A DNA stretch of 63,705 nt, the filler included, from Octopus bimaculoides (taxonomy: Eukaryota), in the NCBI RefSeq assembly GCF_001194135.2. It is 7 parts of 7 records of this genome, joined end to end, with 100 filler letters (N's around TTAATTAATTAA, not from the genome) between each part and the next. Parts side by side here need not be neighbours in the genome. Positions count along the whole stretch, not along the records: positions 20,038 to 35,045 come from NC_068984.1; positions 35,146 to 40,086 come from NC_069007.1; 5 more parts are not named here. One strand, given 5' to 3'. The translations under genes and the position numbers were made by a program. Shown here piece after piece: positions 24,541 to 37,658 of the stretch; position 1 is the stretch's first letter, and every line of letters starts with the position of its first letter. The notes under the pieces are model-generated. The model was not told where the DNA came from and did not search any database. It saw only the letters and a list, made by a program, of their open reading frames with translations.

Positions 24541-25613
24541 AAAATATATATATGATATGAACAAAAGCAAATGGTGCATGTTCCTTTGAAACTTTCGCTT
24601 TGTAATCGGAACGCAATTGCAGTGACTGCAGAAACCTAGCAGTGATTGATATGCAATGTGTATGGAGACTTTCTTCTTTTTAGGGCTTGGTTTGTCAGCC
24701 GTCTAAAGACACAAGTGCTAAGAAGAAATCCAGATACTTCTGAGATGTTTTTTACCGTCGCGCGCACCACGGTATATTCGTAATGAAAAGGAAAATAGAT
24801 AGCACATCTACGAACGTTCCTACAGAACGAAAGCTGAGCTGAAAAGCCCTTTCGTGCAAATGAATGTACAAGTTCAATGACGAGATGGCACTCTCTTGAT
24901 AAGAAGTAGTAATCAGCGTATATATATATATATNNNNNNNNNNNNNNNNNNNNNNNNNNNNNNNNNNNNNNNNNNNNNNNNNNNNNNNNNNNNNNNNNNN
25001 NNNNNNNNNNNNNNNNNNNNNNNNNNNNNNNNNNNNNNNNNNNNNNNNNNNNNNNNNNNNNNNNNNNNNNNNNNNNNNNNNNNNNNNNNNNNNNNNNNNN
25101 NNNNNNNNNNNNNNNNNNNNNNNNNNNNNNNNNNNNNNNNNNNNNNNNNNNNNNNNNNNNNNNNNNNNNNNNNNNNNNNNNNNNNNNNNNNNNNNNNNNN
25201 NNNNNNNNNNNNNNNNNNNNNNNNNNNNNNNNNNNNNNNNNNNNNNNNNNNNNNNNNNNNNNNNNNNNNNNNNNNNNNNNNNNNNNNNNNNNNNNNNNNN
25301 NNNNNNNNNNNNNNNNNNNNNNNNNNNNNNNNNNNNNNNNNNNNNNNNNNNNNNNNNNNNNNNNNNNNNNNNNNNNNNNNNNNNNNNNNNNNNNNNNNNN
25401 NNNNNNNNNNNNNNNNNNNNNNNNNNNNNNNNNNNNNNNNNNNNNNNNNNNNNNNNNNNNNNNNNNNNNNNNNNNNNNNNNNNNNNNNNNNNNNNNNNNN
25501 NNNNNNNNNNNNNNNNNNNNNNNNNNNNNNNNNNNNNNNNNNNNNNNNNNNNNNNNNNNNNNNNNNNNNNNNNNNNNNNNNNNNNNNNNNNNNNNNNNNN
25601 NNNNNNNNNNNNN

Positions 25614-25662
<49 letters not shown>

Positions 25663-26404
25663 GTTTTTCTCGATGACACACTGTTTCGGAGCCTTTCGGG
25701 TCTATACACACATACATACATACATACATGCCCTCTTATTTATCATAGTAGGTATATATGGCTTCTAATGTGCGAAATATGGATCTACATAACTGAAGAT
25801 TCCTTATCTAGCAAATATAAATTCTATGACTATTGTTGGTCAATTGCTCTCAGTTTAAGTTCTGGAAACATCTATGTAAAAGGAACCCATCAGTTTGAAT
25901 TACTTTTTTCTTAAATTACTAAATTCAGGTTCCAAATTACATCATTCTTGGTTAAGTAGCGAATGACATCTTGACCTCGAGAGCTTTGGCGAAAGTTGTT
26001 ACTTTAAAAGTCAGTAAACTCTAAGCAGCCAAAAGATGTTTTTATCTATTAATGCTGCAATCAAGAGACAAATAAAGAATATGTTAGTCTAAATAATGGA
26101 ACCATTTGTTGTGAAAATGTGGTATAAAGGTGTGCATTTGAAACTAGGTGCCATGCAGCAAACACATTATGTGAACTATAGGCACTTACCATCAACTACT
26201 CTCATCGATTCCACAGTGATTGCAGTAAAATTGCATAATGAAATCAGTCAAAGAACAGACCTAGGGATTCTTTCAAAATGACATTTATGGTAACTGCTTA
26301 TACTTTTACAATAACTAAAAAAAAAAAAAAAAATTTATATTGCTCATTTTTTATTAATTTTTTTCTCATGTGTACCTCACAAGGATACAATCATAGGGAA
26401 ACTA

Positions 26405-26545
26405 CTTCTATGGCTGTGCATTTAAGAACTTCGCAACACAAACCAAAGCACTTTGAACAGATGTTTTCTCGATAATCTCAAGTCGAGTAAAGCCATGCAA
26501 GCGAAATTTCGTAGACGGGAACTATACATACATATACACAGACAG
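26405..26545 (+). mobile_element. SINE family B relic
   Basis: ATGGCTGTGCATTTAAGAAC ... GTCGAGTAAAGCCATGCAAGCGAAATTTCGTAGACGGGAACT. Confidence 0.55.
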
Positions 26546-26556
26546 ACAAAGAAAAA

Positions 26557-27895
26557 TAAGGCAATCCGAACTATCCTCTTACAAAGCAATATCTCACAAT
26601 TGTTTGCTGTACCAGTGCTGATTCCAACATTTGAGATACTCGACTGGTTTGTCGAAGAAATCCATTCCATAGACATAACCCTCAAGATTCTAACATCAAC
26701 TGGAAATCTCCACAAAAATGGTGATATTGACAGGTTCTATTTAGGAAGAGATAAAGAGGTAGGGGCTTGAGATCAGTGCAGACAGCCTTCGAATGTCGCA
26801 TAGTCTCTCTCAGACAGCATTTGCTTAACAACAACAACAATAAATACATTAATTTAGTGCTAAAAAGTGAAGAAAATAATATCCTATGTGCTGGAAGTGG
26901 GCTCTTCAGGAAGTACTCTCTTCGTAATGACCTCTCATACGATCCCAAATCAACCGAACAAGCATACCTTAAAGAAGACCTGGAAGTGAAACGCTCAGCA
27001 TACCAAAAGACAATGCATGGCTATGTTTTTCGTAATCTTGAAGAAGATAGTAACATTGACATGGAACAAAACCTCTCTTGGACTCGTGACCGCTACATCA
27101 CATCACACTTTGAAATCTATGCATTTGCAGTCCAAGAACAGGAGATTGCTTCTAAATATCTAATCAACAAAAGAGATAGTGAAGCTCTTGGAGTTCAATG
27201 ATGCAACTGTGAATGTAGATTACGTCATATTTCTGTCGAGGACGTTACACATATGATTAGCAGCTGCCCAAAAGTTTCATCAAGGTACTACCTCCCTATG
27301 CAACATGACGTTGTGGCACAAACAACATACAAGACCAATTGGAAAAAAGACTGCCCTGGAATAAATATAGAGAATCTCTCTGTTACAGAATATGCACAGA
27401 AATACCAGCACAAGGAATACTGGTGGAACATTCCCATCAAAACACCTGTCAATTGTAAACATAACAGACTGGATATTGTTGTTTGGGATAGACAAGGAAA
27501 GTATGTACCGTCATAGAGGTCAGCTATCCTGCTGATGTGAATATCTCTATGAAAATCAAAGAGAAAGGACATAATTGTGGACAACTGCTTCGAAACCTCC
27601 AGCTTCTATATCCGTATAACAAATTTGCATTTATACTAATGATAATTGGAGCATTTGGTTTTGTAAGTAAATACTTGTCAGTCTGGATAAGTTTAAATTA
27701 AAAAAAAAAAATCAACCAACTGATTCACACATTACAAATACAATCTGTTAAGTGGAACAATAAAACTATGCCAGACTTTTCTCAGGTTTAAAATGTGATA
27801 TGGTTTTCGTTATCTACATTTCAAAGACAGAGCTTTGTATCTTTGTCAGAAACCAGTTCCTTCAGAAGAACTTAAATGATTAAATACAGAAGAGA
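26557..27895 (+). mobile_element. R4/Dong-type non-LTR element, 3' 1.3 kb (thumb, CCHC knuckle, RLE, 3' UTR)
   Basis: FAVPVLIPTFEILDW; DIDRFYLGR; TSHFEIYAFAVQEQEI; C..C...EDVTHMISSC; KHNRLDIVVWD; ends IKLCQTFLRFKM* at about 27797; (CATA)n begins at 27896. Confidence 0.88.
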
Positions 27896-29399
27896 CATAC
27901 ATACATACATGCATGCATACATACATACATACATACATACATACATACATACATACATACATACATACATACATGTAAAATAGGATGAAAGCAACTTACG
28001 AATAAATTTAGGATCAACAGTAATGAAGAGCATAAAAATTTGACATGACTTTCCTGAATAAGTAAATGCTTCAAAAGAGATAAATTATACACCCATGTAA
28101 CCCTTATTTTTCCCATAACAGTTTTCGGATTTCTTTATTCTGAACATCGGAGATTCTGATGCTGGAGAAACCAAATTTTCGAAATTTAATTTTGCCTCCA
28201 TCACCACAATTTTTACTGAGAACATATATAACGCTTCATCTTGAGTGAATCCTAGTGGAATCACATGAAAAGGAAATTTGAAAGAATGTTTTGTACTCGA
28301 AAAGAAATGTTTGAGTCTTACATTTTCAAATGTTTGTGACATGATGAAATGAAGCAAAAGCCAGGAAATTACATCTATTCAAAATTTCTGCTGATTGTTA
28401 TATGCCATTATACCATGTAGAAAGTAATCGTACTTGTCTTCCTTTTTAGATTGTGACAGTTCATATTTTTTATTGATTTTATAAAGCAATTCTTATGATC
28501 ATTACATTATTTGTATGTTAGTACTGTTTATTTAGTGTAATTGGTGTTAAATAAATTCGTAATATAATTTACAAATGTGATAAAGAAATATAATACAATC
28601 GTATATCCCTCTTGTTTGAAACCTAACGTTTAGTGTAAATTGTAAGACACATTTTCAAAAAATAAGCGTTACGTATGGTGTCGGTAAATGAAAACTAAAA
28701 TTCTGGATTTTAAAAATATATTTATCGTTTATTTTTTAGCGCAATCGGTTGGTACTTTCTATAATGCCGGTTTTCACATACTTTTCATTGCCCTGACAAA
28801 TTAATTGACGTCATCAGTTTGGCTAAGAGATTTGTTTCTGGGAGTGGCTCTAAATCATGCTAGTGTTTCCAGCTATCGCCTTTTCTGTTTTCTTTTTTAC
28901 ATATTTTATTTATTTACTTTTTAGTTTGGGTTTTCTCCTGTCATTCATATTAACTTTTGGCGCAAAATATTTGAATCGAATCCTAGAGCCTCATTCTACT
29001 ACTGAATAACTCTAAAGCTAAAGGAAGACTATCTACTAAAGAACTCACGCAACCGGTCATATACAATTGTCCCTCTGTTTTTGAATTTATACTGCATGAA
29101 ATATGCCGACACTAATACAGAAGAAAGTTTTCATGTCGATTCAAACATTTTGTTTTCACGTTTCCAACAGAACATTTTTTAACGAATTATTTTACCTACG
29201 ATGCTAATGTTTACTTCTTTTGAAATTCTACGCTCTTGGACATTGTTTCTTTTTGCTGCCCGTTCCTTATCTGCCACATCTAACTGCGTATATTTCTTAC
29301 ATTACATTCTTCAACTTTATCTACGTCTTTGGTCAGCTTTTATCTAATATCATAACAATCGTCAGTATTCAACTAAAATAGTGATCTCGATGTGATATG

Positions 29400-30300
29400 T
29401 GTGTGTGTCTGTATGTAACAAAGGAGAAAATAGACAATGATGAAAAGACGTATTTTAACGATGAAACTTTACAAGTCGTTGCTCCGAATTTCTCATTCCG
29501 ATCATTGGACAATTATAAAACATGGAAGCTAAGAAAGATTCCGAAATAGATACAGAGCATGCGCATAAATGGGCGAGTGTAACTGCATATATAAACGTAC
29601 AAGTATAAAGGTTAAAAAACAGAATATTTCAAAATGAATCATAAGTGACAGAAAATCAAAGGGAAATTATTAAACATAAAAATAATGAAAAGGCATTATG
29701 AAAATTTAAAACGAAAATAGACAGAAAATGCATACGTGCAAGATAGCCAACCATGCATTAAAAATATAGAAATTTTAAAATTTTAAATAGGAGGAATTGA
29801 GGAAGATGTCAAGAGATAGCAGCAAAGGATCCAATTCTTTAGAGAGATATCATAGTGATTAACTATTTGTGAGTAGATAACTACAAGGCAAATACTTAGA
29901 AGTGTGTCTGCAAGTTCTTAAAAAGTTTAGATTTGTCGTCTACTACATGCTAGTCTTGAGATGAAATGAACATCTTACTTAAACACAGCTTACAAGGTAA
30001 GTCTGAACGGAAGGATCCATACATGTATGTTGAAGTCTGCTTTAAATAGGAATTAAATTCTTTCAAAGCTAAATATAGGTGGTCAAAATATCTTCTCTGG
30101 ATACTTGACGGAATTGATATGCTCGTAAAAACATATCGTAGAGACGATAATTATTTGAAGTAATGAATTTACTGAGAGAAGACAAACAGAATTACTGATC
30201 TATGAGGGGTTCTTTTGAACTGTAAGGATCAGACTTTTATAGCAAGAATAGCAAATTTTAATTGTGATTCTGTTTAAGATCGTATGATATCCATGATTCG
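29400..30300 (-). mobile_element. Penelope-like element relic (GIY-YIG C-terminus plus terminal region)
   Basis: Minus strand FYEHINSVKYPEK..LTTYI..PCKLCLS..TCRHTSKYL; hammerhead-like relic at 29475-29513 downstream of the ORF. Confidence 0.62.
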
Positions 30301-30688
30301 TTGGAAAGGGACAAGAAATTAAATTGCAGAAATATTTGTTCTTGCAGTTTAATCAAAAGTTGGATTATAGTACGGGGTATTTCTTTGTCTATTTTTACTA
30401 ATGTAAACTAATTTTTCATAGTGTTTTCGGTTAGAGCAGAATTTTTAAAGTGACATCCTAAAAGTTATGAACGATAAGATTCCTCTTTCATTAAATGAGA
30501 CATTTCCTTAGTCTTTCTAAATCCTGACTATTTATATTAACCAAAACTAAAAGGATGTCAACTCTATAAATGTCATCTCGTAAAGTAGGGCTTTTTATGC
30601 AATGTGTCTAAGAACTAATTTCTCATTTCCCTGAAGTATGTATGTATGTAAGTATGTATGTATGTATGTATGTATGTATGTATGTATG

Positions 30689-31357
30689 TCGTTTTCTCTT
30701 AATTTTTAGTTTAATTTTGACCGGTCGCCTTCCCGGCTGTACGGTTGCAAAGAAAAGGTAACTGTAATTGTCTCTTGTGTAAGTGTTTATCCTTTGAACT
30801 GTAAGAACGTTTTACAAATTTTGAAGTTTCTGAATATCGTAGCCGTTTATAGCTTATGAATTAAGAAGCTACATACTTTCTCCACAAGTCCAAGTTCAGT
30901 CATTCTTTGGTCCAGGCAGGCTGGTATATAATCTGTAATTTCCACAATAACAGGAATCAGGCTGAACGTGTATCCTGGATACTGGATTTGTAAACTCTTC
31001 ATCAATACTCCGTAGGTATCCTCCTTCTCTCGTATTTTTCATAAACATTGACGTCAAATGGGAGGTGATTTCTGCGAGTGATCATCTTTTTCAAAACAAA
31101 GACGGGCAAAATGCCACTAAGCATTTTGTGCTTACGAGTGCTAACGATTCTACCGGCTTGTTGCCTTACCTCTAATATCAGGCCGATTGTGTTTTAATTT
31201 GGTGGCAGTTTTCATTTTTAGCTTCCACCAGCATCTCTTTGAGTCATCAGTCTCAACATACTCCTCTCTACTTGATTTGATCTTCATCTTCTGCAATGCA
31301 TTCCATATCATTCTAGCTAACACATCATGCTTCATGGGTTGGCAGTAACAAGAAGAC
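30689..31357 (-). mobile_element. R4/Dong-type element flanked on both sides by (TATG)n
   Basis: Minus strand HDVLARMIWN..WW..KLKHNRPDI / KEDTYGVLMKSLQIQYPGYTFSLIPVIV..KICKTFLQFKG*; a SINE A head is inserted at about 31100-31170. Confidence 0.85.
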
Positions 31358-31414
31358 GTATGCATGTATGTATGTATGTATGTATGTATGCATGCATGCA
31401 TGCATGCATGCATG

Positions 31415-31770
31415 CCCTCTTTCTGTTTATCTTTTTAATTTAGAATAAATTTTGACCGGCCACCTGCTCAGTAGAAAGGTTGTGGAGAAAAGCATTTTGC
31501 TTTGTTCATCAGCCTTTAAATCTTAAGGCCTTGTAGATTTGTATAGTCTCAGATATCGTGATCATTTGTGGTATATAAATTAAGGATTTGTGTTCTCTCC
31601 CCAAGAAACCAAGTTCAGCCACACTTTGCTCCAGGCGGGTTGGTATGTATCCTGTTGGTCTAATAATAATAGGTATGAAATTTGGAGTGTATCTTGGGAA
31701 CTGGATTTAAGAACTCCTTTCCAATGGTTTCCTCGGAGGAAAGAGATGGTTTCTAACAAATGTACAAAAT
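31415..31770 (-). mobile_element. Second tandem R4/Dong-type 3' fragment
   Basis: Minus strand QFPRYTPNFIPIII..TGYIP..LEQ..AELGF..LRFKG*; 3' UTR shares AATTTTGACCGG with the copy at 30689. Confidence 0.78.
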
Positions 31771-31774
31771 TCCG

Positions 31775-31936
31775 TCGAAGTAACTGTGTGGTAAGTAGCT
31801 TGCTTACCAACCACATGGTTCCGGGTTCAGTCCCACTGCGTGGCACCTTGAGCAAGTGTCTTCTACTATAGCCTCAGGCCGACCAAAGCCTTGTAAGTGG
31901 ATTCGGTAGACGGAAACTGAAAGACGCCCGTCGGAA

Positions 31937-31990
<54 letters not shown>

Positions 31991-32200
31991 GTTTGTGCGT
32001 CTGTGTTTGTCCCCCCAGCATCGCATGACAACCGATGCTGGTGTGTTTACGTCCCCGTAACTTAACGGTTCGGCAAAAGAGACCGATAGAATAAGTACTA
32101 GGCTTCCAAAGAATAAATCCTGGGATCCATTTGCTCGACTAAAAGGCGGTGCTCCAGCATGGCCGCAGTCAAATGACTGAAACAAGTAAAAGAGTAATAG
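31775..32200 (+). mobile_element. SINE family B, full-length young copy
   Basis: tRNA head CTGTGTGGTAAG...GGGTTCAGTCCC, CORE-like GGCACCTTGAGCAAGTGTCTT, internal (AT)/(GT)n, tail GGCGGTGCTCCAGCATGGCCGCAGTCAAATGACTGAAAC. Confidence 0.93.
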
Positions 32201-32648
32201 TAAAAGAGTAACAAAAGCAAATTTTATTCTTAAGAACTTAAACATTTTAAACTTTAAAAATTCTAATATTTTTATCGTTCCACTTACAGATTGTTTTTTG
32301 TAATCTGTGAAATAGTTGATTGATTTCTTTTTCTGAAAACCCTATCTTATCCAGATTGTTATTCAGGCATTTATTCACAAAAACAAATGCACCAATTGAA
32401 TATTGATATAAATGTGAATTCACAATCTGAATATAGAAGCTGGAGGTTTCGAGGCATTTGTCCGTAGTTATCCTCTTTCTCTTTGATTTTCGAAGTGATA
32501 TTCACAGCAACAGGGCAGCTGAGCTCTATGACGGTACATACCTTTTATTGTCTGTCCTAAATGACAATATCTGGCTAATTAAATTTGCACTCGAAAAAGT
32601 TCAATGATTCATCAATACTCCATGTGTTGATATGTACGTACGTACGTA

Positions 32649-32683
<35 letters not shown>

Positions 32684-35238
32684 GTGTGTTTGTATATCGG
32701 CGTGAAATCGGTACATCGCAATATTGTACCGAGTCAACCAAAGAGTTTGTAGGTGATTTTTCAACCAGCCTGAAATAATAGTTAAATCTCAAAGCGCAAT
32801 CCATTGACTTAAAAAGACCAGTATATGATAATTTGGATCTATAATTTGGATCCATAATCTCTCGGGATAGTCAAAGCTGGAGAACCTTTGATCACGAACC
32901 TTTGGCCAATTAAGACTGACCAACAGTTAACAACCTTGTGATATGACGATCAGTTTCGACAGCCTCTTTTATACTCAGTAAACTTTACCATTCGTTATAC
33001 TCTGAGGTCGACAAAAAAGTACAGCACTGAGCACCGGAGCAGATGTAATGAATTAAAATTCTTGAAGGCGATGATACAGCATAATCGCAGTCCAGCAAAA
33101 GAATTTTATTTAATTATATCACTATTTTTTTTTATGAGATACGTTAAAATATATCTAACGATCGAAACATTTTCGCTTCTTTGGATAGCATGCCAATCTA
33201 TTATATGATTTACATTTGTTACTTATGCAGCTTATGCGAGCGAGTGGAAGTTAAATGTCTTCGCATTAGTTATAGCACTTATGTGATAAAAAACCGATTA
33301 CTTTTTGTTTCAGCTTACTGTGAGTTTCTATAAAAAAGCTATTTATATAACTTTATAAAGACAAAAAAGAAACATGATTAATAAATGGCGCATTTTATAT
33401 CCACCTAGCATTTCAATGCTTTATGTAGTTATAATTCTCATACAAAGTCAGAGGAGAGAGCTTAAAAAATGGAGGTCAGATTAAATATGAATTGCTTAGA
33501 ACAATTTAAATAATTATAAAAGAAATTTAACGCTGACAGAATCTGAAAAACTGTCCCACTTTTCCTGGTTTTGATTTGCTAAATATCAAATCAGACAGTA
33601 TTTTCACTAACTATCTTCTCTTTATCCAAAGAAAAGCTGATTGAACAATACCAGTTCTTCGTCTGAATATTTTTTGTTTCTAAGTTTTGTACCTAAAATG
33701 ATTCAAAAGGTCATAATCATATATTGAGTTTAATCTCTTCTACGCATCTATATTCAATTTTATTATAGTGTTTAATATAATATCCATTGATATATTTTCT
33801 GTTAGTTACATACTAGCTTACAACACTTCACTTTGCTATTTCCTTAATTTATTTCTGAAGAATAAACTTGTTGCTATTTTGAATTATTTTTTCCAAATAA
33901 TTAACACATTATGTTCACTACATATACTGTATATGACGTGTGTTAGAGAGGGATAGAGAGAGAGAGAGAGAGAGAGACAGGCAGACAGAGAGAAGTGTTA
34001 ACAAAACGCAAATTCCGATGTTTGTGCATAATGACATTTATTTGAAACCGATATTAAGTAAAAATAAATAAATTTATTCATCAACAATTTGTCACATGAT
34101 TATCGTGTAATTGGTAAATGATTACAATACTAAATAATTATTCATTCTTTCTAAAAGTAGTGCATGAATTTTTTTCCCTTGCGCGCACAAAATGTCTATT
34201 TATGAAATATACTTTTATATTACGTGTTTATGATTTTCACGCAGACAAAATAGAATGATAGAAACAGACTAGATTTTCTGTATAATGATCTTGAAATAAC
34301 ACGTTAACATTTTAAGCGATTCTTGATATGATTTATATCCATAGTCCATCCTCATTGTTAAACTATTATGATAAAAATTTTAATCAACTCACTCTTGATT
34401 ACATTGGGAAATATCACTAAAAGTTTCAAGCGTATTAGTAAAATCATGTCTATTACTATTTTACTGAGTAAATTATGGTACACACTATAGTGATTAGGTG
34501 TTGTTAAATTAGTGCCACACAAAATATAAAATAAATATATTTTCTGTTTTTCTTAGTAAATCCTATAGGAAACAGTTAAGTATAGTGAGAGAAATTATCT
34601 TTTTCGTTAAGGCATTTCAACTTAATTTTACCAACGAACAGTATGAAATAAATTTGAGAACTAATGCAAACATTTTTTAATTCAGTAACACGATTTCAAA
34701 AGCTAAATGCATTCAAAATTAGAAAAACGTTTAAAGCGAAATTCAAATTCTATCAATTAAAACTGTATGTAAATAAGATAGTATCTATAGTCAACATTTT
34801 AGAAGTAACACTTCAACGTTTCTTTTTCTACTAATCTGAGGGGATCTGAATATACATAAAACAATAAAAATATCTTAGATCATTCGTAATAATTATTAAT
34901 GGAGTATAACAAGAGCTGTCAGTAATTGTCTGCATAAGTTAATAAAATTCGTTTTAGTTTTTAAATTCTGTAATAATTTAATGAAGAAAAAAAAGTATAT
35001 AGTTTATATTAATAACGTTTATATTTTACACACGCATGTAAGAAANNNNNNNNNNNNNNNNNNNNNNNNNNNNNNNNNNNNNNNNNNNNTTAATTAATTA
35101 ANNNNNNNNNNNNNNNNNNNNNNNNNNNNNNNNNNNNNNNNNNNNTATTTAGCCCTGTGTGGCTATAATAAAAAGATATCTATCTATCTATCTCTCTCTC
35201 TGTCCGTCACCCTGTCTATCTATCTAACTATCTATCTC

Positions 35239-35279
<41 letters not shown>

Positions 35280-35306
35280 ATATCTATCTGTCTCTGTCTA
35301 TATCTC

Positions 35307-35337
<31 letters not shown>

Positions 35338-35573
35338 CTCTCTCTGTCTCTGTCTCTGTCTCTGTCTCTCTCTGTCTCTCTCTCTCTGTCTCTCTCTCTA
35401 TCTTTCTACCCGTTTATCTCTATGTGTGTGTATGTATGTGTGCATGAGCAAGCATATTCACATGTAACCTTTCGATTTATCAACTTATCTTCAAAACTGT
35501 CTTCGTTTTTACATTCTTCCGTTCCCTCTCTCAGAACCAAACTCCATCTTTCCACGCTCACACACACACACAC

Positions 35574-35627
<54 letters not shown>

Positions 35628-35799
35628 CCCCTCACTCGATTTCCATCACTTGATTCCTTTCTTCATATCATCTTCTTTCCCTCCAAAATCTCACCTTCTC
35701 TTTACAAGTCCATCTTTTCGCACAATTACACGATGGCCTTCCTTACTCAAACCAGTTGCCACATGCACTCTCACACACTCTCTGTCTCTCGTCTACCTC

Positions 35800-36105
35800 T
35801 CTCTCTCTCTCTCTTGCTATATATCTCTCTCTCTTGCTATATCTCTCTCTCTCTTGCTATCTCTCTCTCTCTCTCTTGCTATATCTCTCTCTCTTGCTAT
35901 ATCTCTCTCTCTCTTGCTATATCTCTCTCTCTCTCTTGCTATCTCTCACTCTCTGTCTCTCTTGCTATATCTCTCTCTCTCTTGCTATATATCTCTCTCT
36001 CTTGCTATCTCTCTCTCTTTCTCTCTCTTGCTATATCTCTGTCTCTTGCTATATCTCTCCCTCTTGCTATCTCTCTCTCTCTCTTGCTATATATCTCTCT
36101 CTTGC

Positions 36106-36136
<31 letters not shown>

Positions 36137-36190
36137 TGCTATCTCTCTTTCCCTCTCTTGCTATCTCTCTCACTCTCTATCTTGCTATAT
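35800..36190. repeat. Compound minisatellite, (CT)n punctuated by CTTGCTAT
   Basis: Repeated CTCTTGCTAT(AT)CTCTCT units; source of the LSLSC ORFs. Confidence 0.9.
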
Positions 36191-36313
36191 CTCTCTCTGT
36201 CTCTTGCCTTCTTCTCTCTCCCTCTATCTCTTCCACACTCCCAATCCCAAAGTTTCTCACTCACCCTCTCTCTGTCCGTCTGTCTTTCTTGTTCTGCCAT
36301 GCGCTATATCATT

Positions 36314-36363
<50 letters not shown>

Positions 36364-37625
36364 ATATCTACCTCTAACTGTCTTTCCCTCTCACTCACTC
36401 ACTGTCTCTCTACCTCTCTTTCGCCCTCTCCTTTTCTCCTCTCTACGCTTCTCCACAGACTGTTTCTCTCAGTCTTCTANNNNNNNNNNNNNNNNNNNNN
36501 NNNNNNNNNNNNNNNNNNNNNNNNNNNNNNNNNNNNNNNNNNNNNNNNNNNNNNNNNNNNNNNNNNNNNNNNNNNNNNNNNNNNNNNNNNNNNNNNNNNN
36601 NNNNNNNNNNNNNNNNNNNNNNNNNNNNNNNNNNNNNNNNNNNNNNNNNNNNNNNNNNNNNNNNNNNNNNNNNNNNNNNNNNNNNNNNNNNNNNNNNNNN
36701 NNNNNNNNNNNNNNNNNNNNNNNNNNNNNNNNNNNNNNNNNNNNNNNNNNNNNNNNNNNNNNNNNNNNNNNNNNNNNNNNNNNNNNNNNNNNNNNNNNNN
36801 NNNNNNNNNNNNNNNNNNNNNNNNNNNNNNNNNNNNNNNNNNNNNNNNNNNNNNNNNNNNNNNNNNNNNNNNNNNNNNNNNNNNNNNNNNNNNNNNNNNN
36901 NNNNNNNNNNNNNNNNNNNNNNNNNNNNNNNNNNNNNNTATATATATGTATGTATATATATTTATATATATATATATATATATGTATATACTCATAAATT
37001 TATATACATATGTACATAAATATATACATACATATATGAATAGATAGTTATATATAGTTGTTTATATATATATATATATATATACACGTACACATTCGTG
37101 TACGAGATCGTGTATATATGTGTGCGTGTGTTGTTGTTGAGGTATATGTTTGTACTTTTACTTTTCTGCTTTACCATTACAAAGGAATTTCCATAGAATT
37201 TTAGTGGAAAATTTCAAAATAGATTTTTGATTCTTTTCATGCACCTACTCTACTCTTTAGCCTTCTACTCTCGCTCTTTTTCTCTATCTTTGCCTGTCTG
37301 TCCCTCACTCATTCTCTTTCTCTGTCCTTGTCTCTCTCACTCTGTCTCTGTCTCTCTCACTCTGTCTCTGTCTCTCTCACTCTGTCTCTGTCTCTCTCTC
37401 TATTTCTCACTTTCTCCCTGTATATATCTCAGGAATCACTCCCTCACTTGCTCATGTTCTACCTCCATGTATCTATCTATCGATCTGACTTTAGTTCTCT
37501 CATAGACTCTGTTATTTTCCTATCCTAGTTTTCTCTCTCTGAATACACACACAAACACACACACAGGCACATATATATATTTGTGTGTGTATATCGTTGT
37601 ATGATCGTATATATATATATCTATC

Positions 37626-37658
<33 letters not shown>

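Noticed and set aside
23200-27895. The two R4-type fragments at 23.2-23.9 kb and 26.6-27.9 kb as a single interrupted element
   Set aside because: They overlap in the N...FAVPV region with clearly different nucleotide sequence, so they are separate copies.
28679-28800. Short element with possible TGTC..AATGAAAA inverted termini
   Set aside because: The match is too short and imperfect, with no clear TSD.
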